Source: Octopus vulgaris | Lineage: Eukaryota | Direction: 5' to 3' | Length of the DNA stretch: 64,000 nucleotides | NCBI GenBank assembly: GCA_951406725.2 | Contig: OX597816.1 | Span: 88,350,001-88,414,000 of the forward strand | Shown here: piece by piece, positions 41,260 through 53,837 of the stretch | Layout: each line of letters starts with the position of its first letter | Position numbering within the stretch: position 1 is the first letter of the stretch | The notes under the pieces: model-generated | Told to the model about the DNA's origin: nothing | Database searches by the model: none | Seen by the model: only the letters and a program-made list of their open reading frames with translations | Program-made: the position numbers and the translations under genes

Positions 41260-41625
41260 CGTTTTGGGATTTGGTTTGCAAGATTCTTTATATGAGTTTG
41301 TGTGTTGAAGCATATTCTATTGTGTCTGGGGAGAGTCATTTTCTTTTTGAGCCTTATTATGTAACACACTCACCGGTAAAGTTAGCACGTTTCTCTTATT
41401 TTTTATTGTCCTAAAATTTTCCTTGCGTCTTGCAACTTTTTCAATAGTTTGTCCGTTATTTACACTGCATTCGTTATTTACACTCGAGTCAAAACTATTG
41501 AAAACATTGCAAGACGCAACGAAAATTTTAGCACAATAAAAAATAAGAAAAACGTGGAAACTTTACCGGTGAGTGTGTTACATAATAAGGCACAAAAAGA
41601 AAATGACTCTCCCCAGACACAATAG
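41258..41625. repeat. Asymmetric fold-back element between (TA)n tracts (134-bp arms 41317-41450 and 41492-41625)
   Basis: CTATTGTGTCTGGGGAGAGTCATTTTCTTTTTG..TTATTATGTAACACACTCACCGGTAAAGTT is mirrored at 41492-41625. The spacer contains CGTTATTTACACT twice. A single-arm relative lies at 55841-55990. Confidence 0.92.
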
Positions 41626-41701
41626 TATATATACATACATACATATATATATATATTTATATATATATATTTATTTATATATAAACACACATACATATTC
41701 G

Positions 41702-41784
<83 letters not shown>

Positions 41785-42244
41785 GATATCTATAATTATA
41801 TATTATTTATATAATAATATATGCTCCATTTAGAGAGACAGAACCTAAATAATTGACCGAAAAAGATGGCTAAAAGTGAGGGGTGAGTTATGTGGCTGAA
41901 TTGACTGCATACTGAGCCATGTATGCATTGATGTCATGTTCAATTCCCAGTAGTTCGGCCCAGCTTTTTGGGCCAATTGTTTAGGTCTAGTCGCTCTAAA
42001 TGAAGCATATAATATTATATAAATAATATAAAATTATAGTTATTATTAAAAAGGAGCTATGTGTGTCGCTCCTCTCCATAATTTACGGGTTTGTTTGCAA
42101 ATATATATAAATGTGACCGCGTGTTTACCGTTGGCGATTTTTTCCTCCGTCTTCCCTTCTTTCCTGAGCGTCCAATAATACTATATTTGTTCCACGTCCT
42201 CGCGTTGTTGTGTTTTCTCTTTGTGTTTTCATGTTTGGATTAAC

Positions 42245-42326
<82 letters not shown>

Positions 42327-42471
42327 TATGTCGAATTTTCTGGGGGGTTTTTTGTCTTTTAATTTAATCCTGAAAATATTATGTAACGCACGTCCTCCTT
42401 AATTTTTTACCTTCACACGCACTCACATACATACACACACATACACGTATTCTCATACACATATATCTACA

Positions 42472-42472
42472 G

Positions 42473-42558
<86 letters not shown>

Positions 42559-42632
42559 GTAGGTAGATAGATAGATAGGTAGATAGATAGATAGGTAGGT
42601 AGGTAGATAGGTAGATAGATAGGTAGATAGAT
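42472..42632. repeat. (GATA)n/(GGTA)n microsatellite
   Basis: Direct inspection. Confidence 0.95.
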
Positions 42633-43966
42633 CGTTATTTTTTCCGTCGTACGAATTTAGAAATTTCGAGCGACAGGAGATAGTTCGTTTTAAGTGTTGA
42701 ACTTGAAGTTGATAAATCTTGTAAATGTTGGATTAAATCAGTTTGGATAGAAATAGACGAAGGATGTTTGTGAGAGAATGTCTGCCACATGTACTGAAAG
42801 TATGCATACATCCATCCACCCATCCGTCCCTTCGTCCGTCCATCCGACCGTCTGTGTGTCCGACCGATCGTCCGTCCGTACGTTCGTTCGTCCGTCCGTC
42901 TGTTCATGCATGCATGCATGCATATATTCATACATACATACATACATACATTCATACATACGGATGAGTGCATAAACGAATGAAAATAAAATCAAGTCGT
43001 ATCACGAATTATTGAATCTTTTGACGATTATAGTTTTTCCATGTTAAGTGTGTCTTGGGATTGTCTATATTAAATAGAATATGGCGTATGAAAGCCGGAA
43101 CCGAATATCAGCTAAGTCCACCATGAAGATCATCGCACCGATTTTTTTCGGGCAAGAGCAGCAAACGGTTTCTCCTTACTGTTATGGTAAGCAAGATTTA
43201 TAGGCGCGAAAGTAGTCAAATTTCTCTTTGACTAAACTCTCATTTACTGCTTTAAATGCAATTTGAGGGGAAAAGCTAGTGTAGTGTGAGATTCCAACTT
43301 CGAGTAAATTAACCGAAATTTAGATGAAAGTGACGAGCGCGACCCCAATGAATATCACTACTCTTAGCTTCTACATGTCTGCTTGGTGACATAGATGTCT
43401 AAAGGGTATCTTTAAGCAAGAAACGCAATCCAGTATCTATACAATTACATAAAATACCGTCAATCGCCATAACCAGGAACGACCCATCTCTAATTCGAAC
43501 ATTTTATTTTATTTTCCTTTAAAACTATCGTTTCTTTTGTGTGTGTGTGTGTGTGTGTGTGTCTGTCTGTTTTCTCAAATATGATTCTGTGAAACAATCC
43601 ATGTTGTTTTTGTAAATAAACTTTTTTCTCAACAGTCACATACTAATAGTCGATATAAACGACTATAAACGTTAAAAAAAAAAATTGCGTCTGTAAAAAC
43701 TCTATTATTACTATTAATGTTTCTATTTATCTCCACTTATTTATTGTAGAATGGTGACTGTAACGTTTCAAAAACAAGTCATCATTAATCCTTTATTCAA
43801 AGATAGAATTACCTAGTAGACATTGATTGATAACTAATTAATCCATTCCATGACACTACTTAATGTTTATTTGTACAGTTTTCAGATTTCACCTGTCTTC
43901 GTGTTGTATATATTTCTCTCCAATAAAGTATACTCGATTTGTACATGTGTGTATACATTCATATAT

Positions 43967-44007
<41 letters not shown>

Positions 44008-45319
44008 AATATATGTATATGTGTGTGTGTGTAATATTTTATATTATGTTATATATTATATTTTATATGGTGAAGGTAATGAACAAAATATAACGGTAAA
44101 ATGGCTGCACATGAAGGAGAATTTTTAGAAAATATATTTAGTTTAGCGCTTGAAATGTGGAGGAAAGAGTTTCTATGTTTTGGAGGCTAGTTCTCCATCT
44201 GAAGTAATATAGAGAAATGAAAATATGGGAAGGTGAAAGAGGAGCAGTGATTGCGGTGATAGAGTGAGAGAGAAAACAGTAGTCGAAAGGTTGGTGGACA
44301 GATAGGAATAGGGTTTTTAAGAGGAATTAGGAAGGGAAATTTGCACGCGTCTGTGCGTAAATATACGAGTGAATACGTATTTTGCTGTGGTTATCAAAGG
44401 GAGTTTTGTTGAGTATGGTGTTTTGGTGTGTTTGTGTACCGAAGTGTGCATTTTCGGAAGTATAGTGGCGTAGATTATGGGGCATGGGGTGTTAGTGTGT
44501 ATGTAAAACCGCTTAAATGTTTATGAAGAAATGGAGTGAGAGATGAAAGAAAACGCGAGAAGAATGTGGAGTTGATAGAAATTTATGTAGGGATACAGAC
44601 AGGAAATATAGTAATGTGGAAGAAAGTTTGAACTATAGTGGTCAAGAAAATTAAGTGTGAGGGGGAAATAGGCGAGTCATTCGGAGGGGCAAGAGGTTGG
44701 TGAGTGAACATAAAACGTATAAAGGAAAGGGAGAAGAGGTGGAGGAAAACGAAGGGAAGTTTGGGCGGAAAGAGAAAAGTAAAATTAGACAAAATGAACA
44801 AGCCTGTTCCGGTCTGAAAGGAAATGAAAGAAAATCGATAGGAAAATTGGGGAAAATTTGGAGAAAAATTCTTACAATAAAATCGCTAATAAAAATATAT
44901 AAATATATAAATAAATATATGAATAAATAAAAATTCAATACTAGTGAAAGTTCCAAGGAAGTACACAGCTGATACAAATTTCTAGGAGACAGAAATGTCT
45001 AAGGTGAGGGGCTGATAAATTAAAATTAGACAGCAACTAAGCAAGTGGTGTAGTTTTAAGAAATATATAATGACAGGGAGGCAAAAGAGAGTGTCTTGAG
45101 AATGCAGAGATGTCGAAACTCGACTCTGCGTATCTATATATATACATGCATTTTTATGTTCTAGATTTTTAAGCATCTCTCTGTTTATGTATTTGTTTAT
45201 AAACCTGAGCATCTGTGTGTTTGCGCGTGCGCATGCGTGTGTGTACAGTTTAGTATATAATGATGCTAACGGACATCATCAGTATCATGTAACTGTACGC
45301 ATACACACAGACAGATATA

Positions 45320-45683
45320 ACTCGATTCCATCGGTCACGAATGACCATGGGTGCACCTAAGAGGTTCCCCTCCGGGGTGCAAGTCTGGGCAGAAAGTCGC
45401 CTCACGGGTGAACGCCCAACCTAGGTTTGTTTTCTATGGAAGACCAGCAGTAACCCATACATACCAGCCTCTCCTTCCACGCCCCCGATGTTACCCAAGA
45501 GAAAGGCAAAGGCCGATACAGCTTGGCACCAGTAACGTCACTACTCATTTCTACAGCTGAGTGAACTGGGGCAACGTGAAATAAAATGTCTTGGTGAAGA
45601 GCACAGCATGCGGCCCGGAATCGAACTCATAACCACACGATCGTAAGCACCACGCTCTAACCACTGAGCTATGCGCCTTCACA
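45320..45683 (-). mobile_element. tRNA-headed SINE (family C head, central domain, distinct GC-rich tail)
   Basis: Minus-strand head TGTGAAGGCGCATAGCTCAGTGGTTAGAGCG..GAGTTCGATTCCGG (A and B boxes), then TTTATTTCACGTTGCCCCAGTTCACTCAGCTGTAGAAATGAGT, then a tail not shared with the other copies. Confidence 0.85.
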
Positions 45684-46053
45684 TATATACATACACACAC
45701 AGCACACACACACATACACACACAGCACACACACACATACATACACACATACATACATACATACATACATACATACATACACGCACACACACATGCATAC
45801 ATACATACATACATACATACATACATACATACATACATTATATGGAAGGGTTGCAGGTCAAGTAGCTGTCATAAGCATCGTGTTACATAGATGGAACATG
45901 AGATCTATCATCCCGATAGTCTAGCTTGAAAATTACTAACGGCTATCTATGTACGTTTGTTTACTGATCACTCTCTTTCTCTCTCTTCCTGTCTCTTTCT
46001 TTTTCCGTGTATGTGCCTGCATGTATGTATATATAAATATGTATGTATGTATG

Positions 46054-46098
<45 letters not shown>

Positions 46099-46145
46099 GT
46101 GTATATATATATATGTATATATGTGTGTGCATGTATGTATACATC

Positions 46146-46188
<43 letters not shown>

Positions 46189-47414
46189 ATATACATATAT
46201 GTGTGTGTGTATGCATGTATACATTCTCAGGATTTAGCTTTTCGGCTGTTGCTGAGATTGGAAAATAATCACAAGAAGTGCTAACCTATATTGCGGTTGT
46301 CATGTAGGTCATTTGTTGAGTATGATGTCTAGTTTTCTTTTCGAAACAACTGCTTAAACCGTGAAACAAAACTGTATTGTTCAGAAGAATAAGAAAACAA
46401 CAATAGGATACAAAAATAAAGAACGTATTTATTCCTCGAATTACGAATGTCTGTTACTGATAATGGATGTTTTCATATAGTATTATAAGTGACACTTGCT
46501 TTGACTTGATTGTAATAGGAATGTAATGACCAACGCCCTTTCTTTCACAAGTCTGTATATATATGTATATATATGTGTGCGTGTGCGGGTATGTGTGTGT
46601 ATGTGTGTATGTTCGAATGAAGATATCCATGCTTGGATGGATATTGGATGGAACGATAATTGGTTGATGGATAAATGGCTGGATAAGTAAATATAGAGTA
46701 AAGTTCTGCACAGCACCAATTTTACAATGACTTTTGCTCTATTCTTAGTTTTGAATTTTAATATGTCATAAATGTTTGGGTGTTATTCTTAAACATGTTT
46801 TTAAAAATAATAATATGAATTCAGCGTGGATGTGTGGCAAGTAGCTTGCTTACTAAGTACATGGTTCCGGGTTCAGTTCCACTGCGTGGAACTTTGGGCA
46901 AGTGTCTTCAACTATGGCCTGGAACTGACCAAAGCCTTGGGATTGAATTTGGTAGACGGGAGCTGAAAGAAGCCCGTCGTCTCTCTCTCTCTCTATATAT
47001 ATATATATGTATATATACTTTTTTATCCGAGGAGAGGCAATGCGAACAACAACCACAGGAACATCAGAAAATCCACAGAATGACCAAACACATACAAATC
47101 TTCATATACTCATTTATATCTATAAAGCCCGACATTTAAAAATTTAAAAATTTAGTAATATACAAATATATCATATAAAAATATAAATTCTGCATATAAC
47201 ACCTCGAATTTACGCTTAAATCATTTAGTATAAATTTGTTACAATAAGAGAAATAAATATAATAATAATAAATAAAAATAAAGCATGCAAGGCATATTAA
47301 AAGGCGAATTAAAATTCTAACGAAATGTAGATAGAAGATAATAATTATACAAGTTTACAAAAATATAAGTTTAGAAAGATACACAGAAGTCCATCACAAA
47401 GGTACACAGAAGTC

Positions 47415-47496
47415 CATCTACGGGCCGTTTCGGAGACGCGCCAATTAATATTAGACATATCATATACTTAAAATTGGCACTCCCCTCATCAGGATG
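47415..47496 (-). ncRNA. Type I hammerhead ribozyme
   Basis: CAUC-CUGAUGA-GGGGAGUGCCAAUU...AAUUGGCGCGUCUCC-GAAA-CGGCCCG-UA-GAUG. Intact core, 14-bp stem II with one bulge, 3-bp stem III, GUA triplet, stem I CAUC/GAUG. Confidence 0.85.
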
Positions 47497-47881
47497 TCCT
47501 ATACTTACAACACATAGTAAACGTAAATAAATACACAATCACATACCGGCCATATTCAGAACCGATACATTAGGAACTCCCAGAAATTTTTCTCCGATCC
47601 TGAATGCTACTTTATACGCATATAATTCGGCCCAGCAGTCATAGTAAATGGTATGCATGCAGCGCCATCTGGACCATTTCTCTTCTGTACTTATTTTATT
47701 TCATTTTATTTTATTTCAATCTTTTAAATTCCCACATACATGCAAAGCCACATACCCGAGTTCAAGTCCTTGACACATTTTATACTAATAGCTATTTTTT
47801 CTTTTAATAATGTTTTCTTTTAATAATTACATTACTTTAGTTTTATTTCATTTACTACTTACTATGCTTACTAAATTTAAT

Positions 47882-48380
47882 TCAATTGTTATTGCTTAGC
47901 TCTAACCTTTTATTGCTATTTCTATTTCTAAATTTCTTATGGAACGTCGAGTGGATCCTATGCGTACACGCTGGTATTGCATCAGTGAACTTATTTAACA
48001 CTGCGTTGTTGTAATTTTTCAATATAGTATAAGCTTCCCTTATGTATAAACCGCATCTAGTGGACCCAATTCTATAAGGGGAGGCATGCGCAAGGATAGC
48101 CCATGATATTTTAAATTCAATATTCCTTTCCTTGAGGTCATTAACATGTAATGCCAAAGTTGTAGAGGTCCCATATTTAGGTTTGTTGAAAGAGCTCAGG
48201 TGGGATCGGTACCTCTGCTTAAAGTCTACTGTGCTTCCAATATATATTTTTCTCTGGCCGCCTTGAGCCTCAGCACTACATTTATAAACTACATTTTCCT
48301 GATGACAATTTCCGCTAATCGGACACACTGATGTGTCCCTACAATTACATTCTTTCAACCTGCTACGGGGTCCCGTATTA

Positions 48381-48383
<3 letters not shown>
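47882..48383 (-). pseudogene. Penelope-type GIY-YIG endonuclease domain (5'-truncated ORF)
   Basis: CNCRDTSVCPISGNC..VVYKC..KIYIGSTVDFKQRYRSH..SF..TTLALH..ISWAIL..PY..CGLYIRE..LNK..CTH. The VVY...YIG motif, Arg/His, Glu and Asn catalytic positions and Cys/His clusters are present. The supplied ORF start is a microsatellite artefact. Confidence 0.9.
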
Positions 48384-48453
<70 letters not shown>

Positions 48454-48734
48454 GTATGTATATGCTTGTGTGTGTATATGTGTTTGTGTCTGTGTTTATC
48501 CTCCCAACTTCGCTTGACAACTGCTGCTGGTGTGTTTACGTCGCCGTAACTTAGCGGTTCGGCAAAAAGGTACCGATAGAATAAGTACTGCGCTTACAAC
48601 GAATAAATATTGGGGGTGATTTGCTCGACTAAAGGCAGTGCTCCAGCGATATTGGCTTGTATTAGATAAGGATAAACTATTTATTACTGTTACTAAATTT
48701 TCTACAGCCACCTTCACTTTCCATGACTACCATT

Positions 48735-48950
48735 GGGATCTATTAGGTACCGGACAAGGATTCTGGATTATTTTCCGGTTTTTCACTTAATTTTTGAGAG
48801 CGGTCGGGTTCATTTTTAGTATTCTCGTTTGTGAGAGCAGTCGAGTTTATTTCAGATATTCTCATTTTGAAAAATACCTCTGGCTAATCGTTGAGAGGAC
48901 GTTGGTGTTGCCTTGGCGGAGGCTTGCGCTGTCTGAGTGCAATTGTTTAA
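48735..48950 (+). mobile_element. Probable 3' portion of a non-autonomous Helentron/HINE-like element
   Basis: Ends with GGCGGAGG (subterminal IR-like), a 7-bp hairpin TTGCGCT/AGTGCAA (48924-48942) and a T-rich junction. The 5' partner IR was not found. Confidence 0.45.
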
Positions 48951-49177
48951 TACTGTTCCTGTTAAATCATCACCAATGTTACGTCACAAAAAATGTAAAG
49001 ATTATCATAATTTTCATTGTAACATGGCTCATTCCTTTTCAGTTATTAACTTCCTCATGTCTTTGACATGATAAAGTAAATGGCATTTAGACTAATTTTT
49101 GATATTTAGACTAATTTTTGTTATCATGTATCCTTTCAATGACGTGGTTCTAACATACGGATCCTCAACAACAGCAT

Positions 49178-49243
<66 letters not shown>

Positions 49244-49252
49244 TTGTCATTA

Positions 49253-49289
<37 letters not shown>

Positions 49290-49601
49290 CATTATCTTAC
49301 TCATAATTAATGTTATCATACTATCTAACTAGATAACAATTAACAAGCTGGCATTTGTTGGTTGTTGTGTAAATTCCGAGGTAAATAGTTTGTGCACTAT
49401 CGCTAAAATGGTCATCGTAATTTAATAGCATAACAAACAAAAAAATGCGGTCGCAGTGTTTGTGACAAATAATTTCGGTTCCTAGCCAGCGTTTTTGAGT
49501 TCGACCCAGAAGAGCTAATACTTGATATCTTTGACATGTAGATACATATTGACCAATGTTATCTTGAACGTGAAGAGAAACTGATCATAGGTCCACTCCC
49601 G

Positions 49602-49647
<46 letters not shown>

Positions 49648-49796
49648 GCATGTATGTATGTATGTATGTATGTATGTATGTATGTATGTATGTGTGTGTG
49701 TGTTTACACTCACATATATGCATGTGTATATATGTATCTATATATATATATGTGTGTATGTGTGTGTGTGCGCGCACGCGCGCGCGTGTGTGTGTA

Positions 49797-50904
49797 TGTA
49801 TAGCTCCAATACGAACATTTCAGAGTGTTCAGGTGACAATCTGAGGACAGTGCAGAGTTCCGAAAAGAGTTGGATGAGTTTAATCGTGAGTATGCAGGTA
49901 CGGCAGCTCCGAAAACTCACTCAGATCGTTCTGATAAGAAAAGGACTCCTGAATTTGTTGGTGAGATCCAGGCCATGGTTGACAACGATTCTTCTAAATC
50001 AACCAAGTCCATCGCCAGAGACATGGGAGTTTCTGAGTTTCTTATCAGGCAAGTAGTACATGAAGACATTCGGTATTTCTCATAGAAGATGAGAAAGGGT
50101 TAATTTTTATCTTAAGCCATCAAGGACAAGAGGAAAGACCGCGCTACGAATCTTTTAAACAAACTGAAGCATCCCCGACAACCGAACACGCTTTAATTTT
50201 TTTTCAGATGAGAAAAACTTCTGCCAGGATCAGATGGTGAACACAAAGAACAACTGTTGGCTCGCCGTGTCCCCAAAACATGTTCCGAGAGTGATAATAA
50301 TCAAACATTCAGTCAACATCATGGTGTTTAGAGTGATCACTAGTGATGGCGAAGTTATGACTCCATTCATCTTCCCACACAGCCCCCGCCTCAGGTACGG
50401 AGGCCTACAACAAGTGCCTGTGGGAGGTAGTGCTGCCTCGGGTTAAGTGGGTGGCTGCTGGAAGACCCTATGTCTGGCAACAAAACTCTTCACCATGCCA
50501 TACAATCAGAAAAACCCAGTCATGGCTGTCAGACAATTTCTGCGACCACATCACACCTAACATCTGTCCCCCACCGCCAGACTGCAACACCATTGATTAT
50601 TATGTGTGGGGCGCAGTTGAGCGAGAGACCACTAGAACTCCTTTTAACACCAAAGATGAACTGAAGGCAAGGATCATGACAGCATTCCTTAATTAAAACA
50701 AGGAGACCGTCCAAAAGTGTTGCAGGAGATTCTAAAGAGGTTTGAAGGCCCTGGTTGAAGCCAATGGTGAATTTATTTAATAAATTTACCCTTTACTATT
50801 TGAAAATATTTTTATGATATTTTGGTAAATATATCTATGAAAATGAGATGTCAGTGTTATTTTCATTTTTGTGTAATTTAGACAATTTATTCCCCGCATC
50901 CGGA
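49797..50904 (+). mobile_element. Tc1/mariner superfamily maT (DD37D-like) transposon, degraded, 5' end lost
   Basis: KSIARDMGVS (HTH), FFSDEKNF, IMVF..ITSDG, WQQNSSPCH (cf. QQDSAP), CPPPPDCNTIDYYVWG (cf. WPPNSPDCNPLDY). Spacing is 36 aa, consistent with 37 after a one-codon loss. Confidence 0.85.
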
Positions 50905-50921
50905 CAATATATATATATATA

Positions 50922-51670
50922 TCTTTCATTATTTTTGTGCGTTTCAGCCATGCGGTCATGCTGGTACACCACCGTGATTTTGCACCGTTACTTATGATTA
51001 GCCTTCGACTGATTTCCTCCAGCTGGTAGGTGGGGTTCACATTATGACTCCTGTATGTGCCTTTCTCCCAGGAGTTAGCTCATTTGGTGTATGAGGGAGT
51101 TTGATTCTGCTGCCCAAGTCTGTACCTCATGTCGAACATTTGGTTCATCCGGTATTGTGGAGAGGAAGATGTCGAGTACGTTTTTGAAGACATCTACGTT
51201 CATATTAGGTAGATTTCTTAACTTTTGTGGTAAGGCATTGAAGAGCTGTGGGTTTTTGAAACCTAGGCTGTTGCAATACGTGTTACTGAATTTAGATGGA
51301 GTGGATGGTACATTTAGGACAATACAAAAGCATGCAGTTCTGACATTTTTACAACACTTAATGTCGAAATTAGTTACTAGACCTTCTAGAGTTTTCCATA
51401 TGTATATCATTATACATCTGTCGCGTCTTCGCTCCAGGGATTAAAGTCGAAGCTTTTTCAGTCACTCCCTGTGGCTCATATGCTGCACTGTTTCAATTTG
51501 TTTTTAGTGTAGTGACGTTGGACAGCTTCTATCTCTGCTGTTTGTGGGACATTATGTGGTGACCATAGCTGAGATAAGTAGTCCTTGGTCTCTTGTCTTG
51601 AAGGACATTAGTATCAATCATGTCCATTGTCTGCACTTTGCTTCCTCTTGGTAATGTGCTTGTGAAATGA
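50922..51670 (-). mobile_element. 5'-truncated CR1-type LINE: ORF2 C-terminus and 3' UTR
   Basis: ILMSFKTRD / SQLWSPH..EIEAVQRHYT / SLERRRDR..IYIWKTLEGLV / PQLFNALP..LRNL..VFKNVLDIFLSTIPDEP..AAESNSL. 3' terminus GGTGGTGTACCAGCATGACCGCATGGCTGAAAC. Confidence 0.85.
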
Positions 51671-52429
51671 GGCACACACACACACACACACGCACACACA
51701 CACACACACACATGTATACACATGTTTTCATAGATTGTTGAAACGTTAGGAATTTTAAGAGAAAATTTATCTGAACTACTCAATTTTGTTGGAAAGAAGA
51801 TTTGTAATCAATGATGAAAAATAAAAATATTTGAGTGCACAATGCAATCATTAAGAAAAGGTCAGAAATATTTTTGAAATAAAGACCGGTAAATTTTCTA
51901 TTTTGACTAATGTAGCATAAATGTGATTTTTACATCAATCTGAAGAACAAAAGTTAATTTATGAAATATAATTAAATTCCGCATTCTTTGAAGGTAGCAA
52001 TACATGTGTTCACTTGCGAATTAAAGTTTCAGAGTGGGTGAATTTAAAGTAAAAAGGAAAGGATTATCTGATATGTATATCTTAAATTTGTCCATCAAAA
52101 TTCTGAGAGCTTGTAAGTCTAAGCATATATGTAAGAAAATCGGTAATGGCAAAATTTATTAGTAACTTAATAAGTTAGTGAATTTAATTAAGATAAAAGT
52201 AGCCATGACATTGTAGAATTATGAGGTTATTGGAAGATATATGAAATTTGAGAAGCTCTAGAACAAAGGAAAAAAATCAATCTAGATTCAAGGCTCCTTC
52301 ATTGGAATTTCAATATCAACAATAGGGTATTTTTGAGTGTATGTATGTATGTATGTATGTATGTATGTATGTATGTATGTATGCGTGCCTATTTGTATGT
52401 TTTCTGTATGTATTCTCATGCATATAGTT

Positions 52430-53265
52430 GCATATCTATGTTTTCTTTAACATTGATCTTCAGCTTTATGTTAACATCCGCTGGGCAGCTAATTTCCACA
52501 ACTGTGCAGTTTCTCTTCTCTATCCGAAATCATTATATCAGGTGTGTTGTGCTTACACTTTATTGAGATCTTCACTGGTACATTCCACCACTAATCCTTT
52601 TTATTATAAGTGGCTATGGCTTCTTATTTCTTTGTCCTCGAGATTGTCATTCCGACGGATTTCATTATAGAGTTTCCTAGCCATAACGTCATGTCTCATA
52701 CGATAATACCGTGATGACATTTTCGGACAACTGCTTATGATGTGGATGATATCTTCATTGTGAACTCCACGAAGTCTGCATCGGTTGTCACATTTTACTG
52801 CTTTACTTGCATTTCTGTCCCTTTTGTGCATCAAGTTCTTGGTTGATATTTCCTGTACCTGGATTGCAACTGCATCCCCTTCAAAGTATGAAGTAGTAAT
52901 CAAGCAATTAGTCCATGACAAACCGCTTTGATGATTAATGTTATTATCATCACGGAACTTTCTAGTAACATATCCATGCATAGTTTTCTGCCCATATAGG
53001 TTCATCCTTTCATCTGATGATATGTTGCGGTAGAGTAGTGCAACTTCTTTGGGCATGTATTCTAGGTTATCAAACAGAGAGTGTTGCTCAAAGAGTGGCT
53101 TTCCAAGTCTTTCAGCCTCGTGTATGTAAGCTTGGTCAAGGGATGCACTTCGATGCTTGGTGGTTAAAAGAGGTTGCCGAAGGGATATGATGCGACAATG
53201 AAAGGCATTTTGAATCGATGTTAAGTTTCTTCCGCCTTCTTTTCGTTTTAGGTATAGACGTTCCT
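52430..53265 (-). pseudogene. R4/Dong-type RLE non-LTR retrotransposon fragment (post-RT region, CCHC knuckle, RLE)
   Basis: ERLYLKRKEGGRNL, KTMHG, AIQVQEISTK, CRLRGVHNEDIIHIISSC, YYRMRHD, WWNVPV..CKHNTPDIMI, VEISCP. Confidence 0.85.
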
Positions 53266-53727
53266 CAAAATGCTCGATTCCATTCCCTGCATATCTCGTT
53301 TTATATCAGGTGTCTCATTAGTGTGACTGGTAACATGAAATCCAATACAGCGTGTTGTATAGCCAGGTTGTCGATGACTAAATCGGCGCCTCCACTAATT
53401 TTGCCTGATGATGGGACGGTGTTTGCTAGAAACCTAGTAGAACTACAACCAGACCTACCAAAATGACGGATGAATCAAGAGTAGATTCAACGATTATCTA
53501 GCAATTACAGGGTTTCCTAAGAAATTCCGAGTTGGATTCCGGCGTGCTGGAACACTACTGGGTGTGAGGCACACCTTAATATAATGCATGTCTGAGAGAA
53601 AGTCATTCCGCTGTGTATATATGTATATGTATATATACTCAGAATTAGAGGAAGCAATATCTCCGTAAGGGATTGTTAAGAACAGTCCAGATGCCAACTG
53701 GGTTTAACCAAATATATTGATAGAAAA

Positions 53728-53837
<110 letters not shown>

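Larger units (their letters stand above)
47018..48383 (-). mobile_element. 5'-truncated Penelope-like retroelement (GIY-YIG endonuclease plus 3' region with hammerhead), flanked by (TA)n
   Basis: Open GIY-YIG reading frame, an AT-rich 3' region containing an intact hammerhead on the same strand, and (TA)n at both junctions. Confidence 0.9.
46822..48655 (+). mobile_element. SINE family B split by a Penelope-like insertion (head 46822-46980, tail about 48470-48655)
   Basis: Head AAGTAGCTTGCTTAC..CATGGTTCCGGGTTCAGT..GAAAGAAGCCCGTCGT and tail CGCTTGACAAC..CTCGACTAAAGGCAGTGCTCCAGC. Together they equal the contiguous copy at 58210-58560. Confidence 0.85.

Noticed and set aside
42810-42902. (GTCC)n repeat reminiscent of DINE-1 cores
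   Set aside because: It merges into neighbouring CATC/CATA repeats with no subterminal IR or 3' hairpin, so it is treated as a simple microsatellite.
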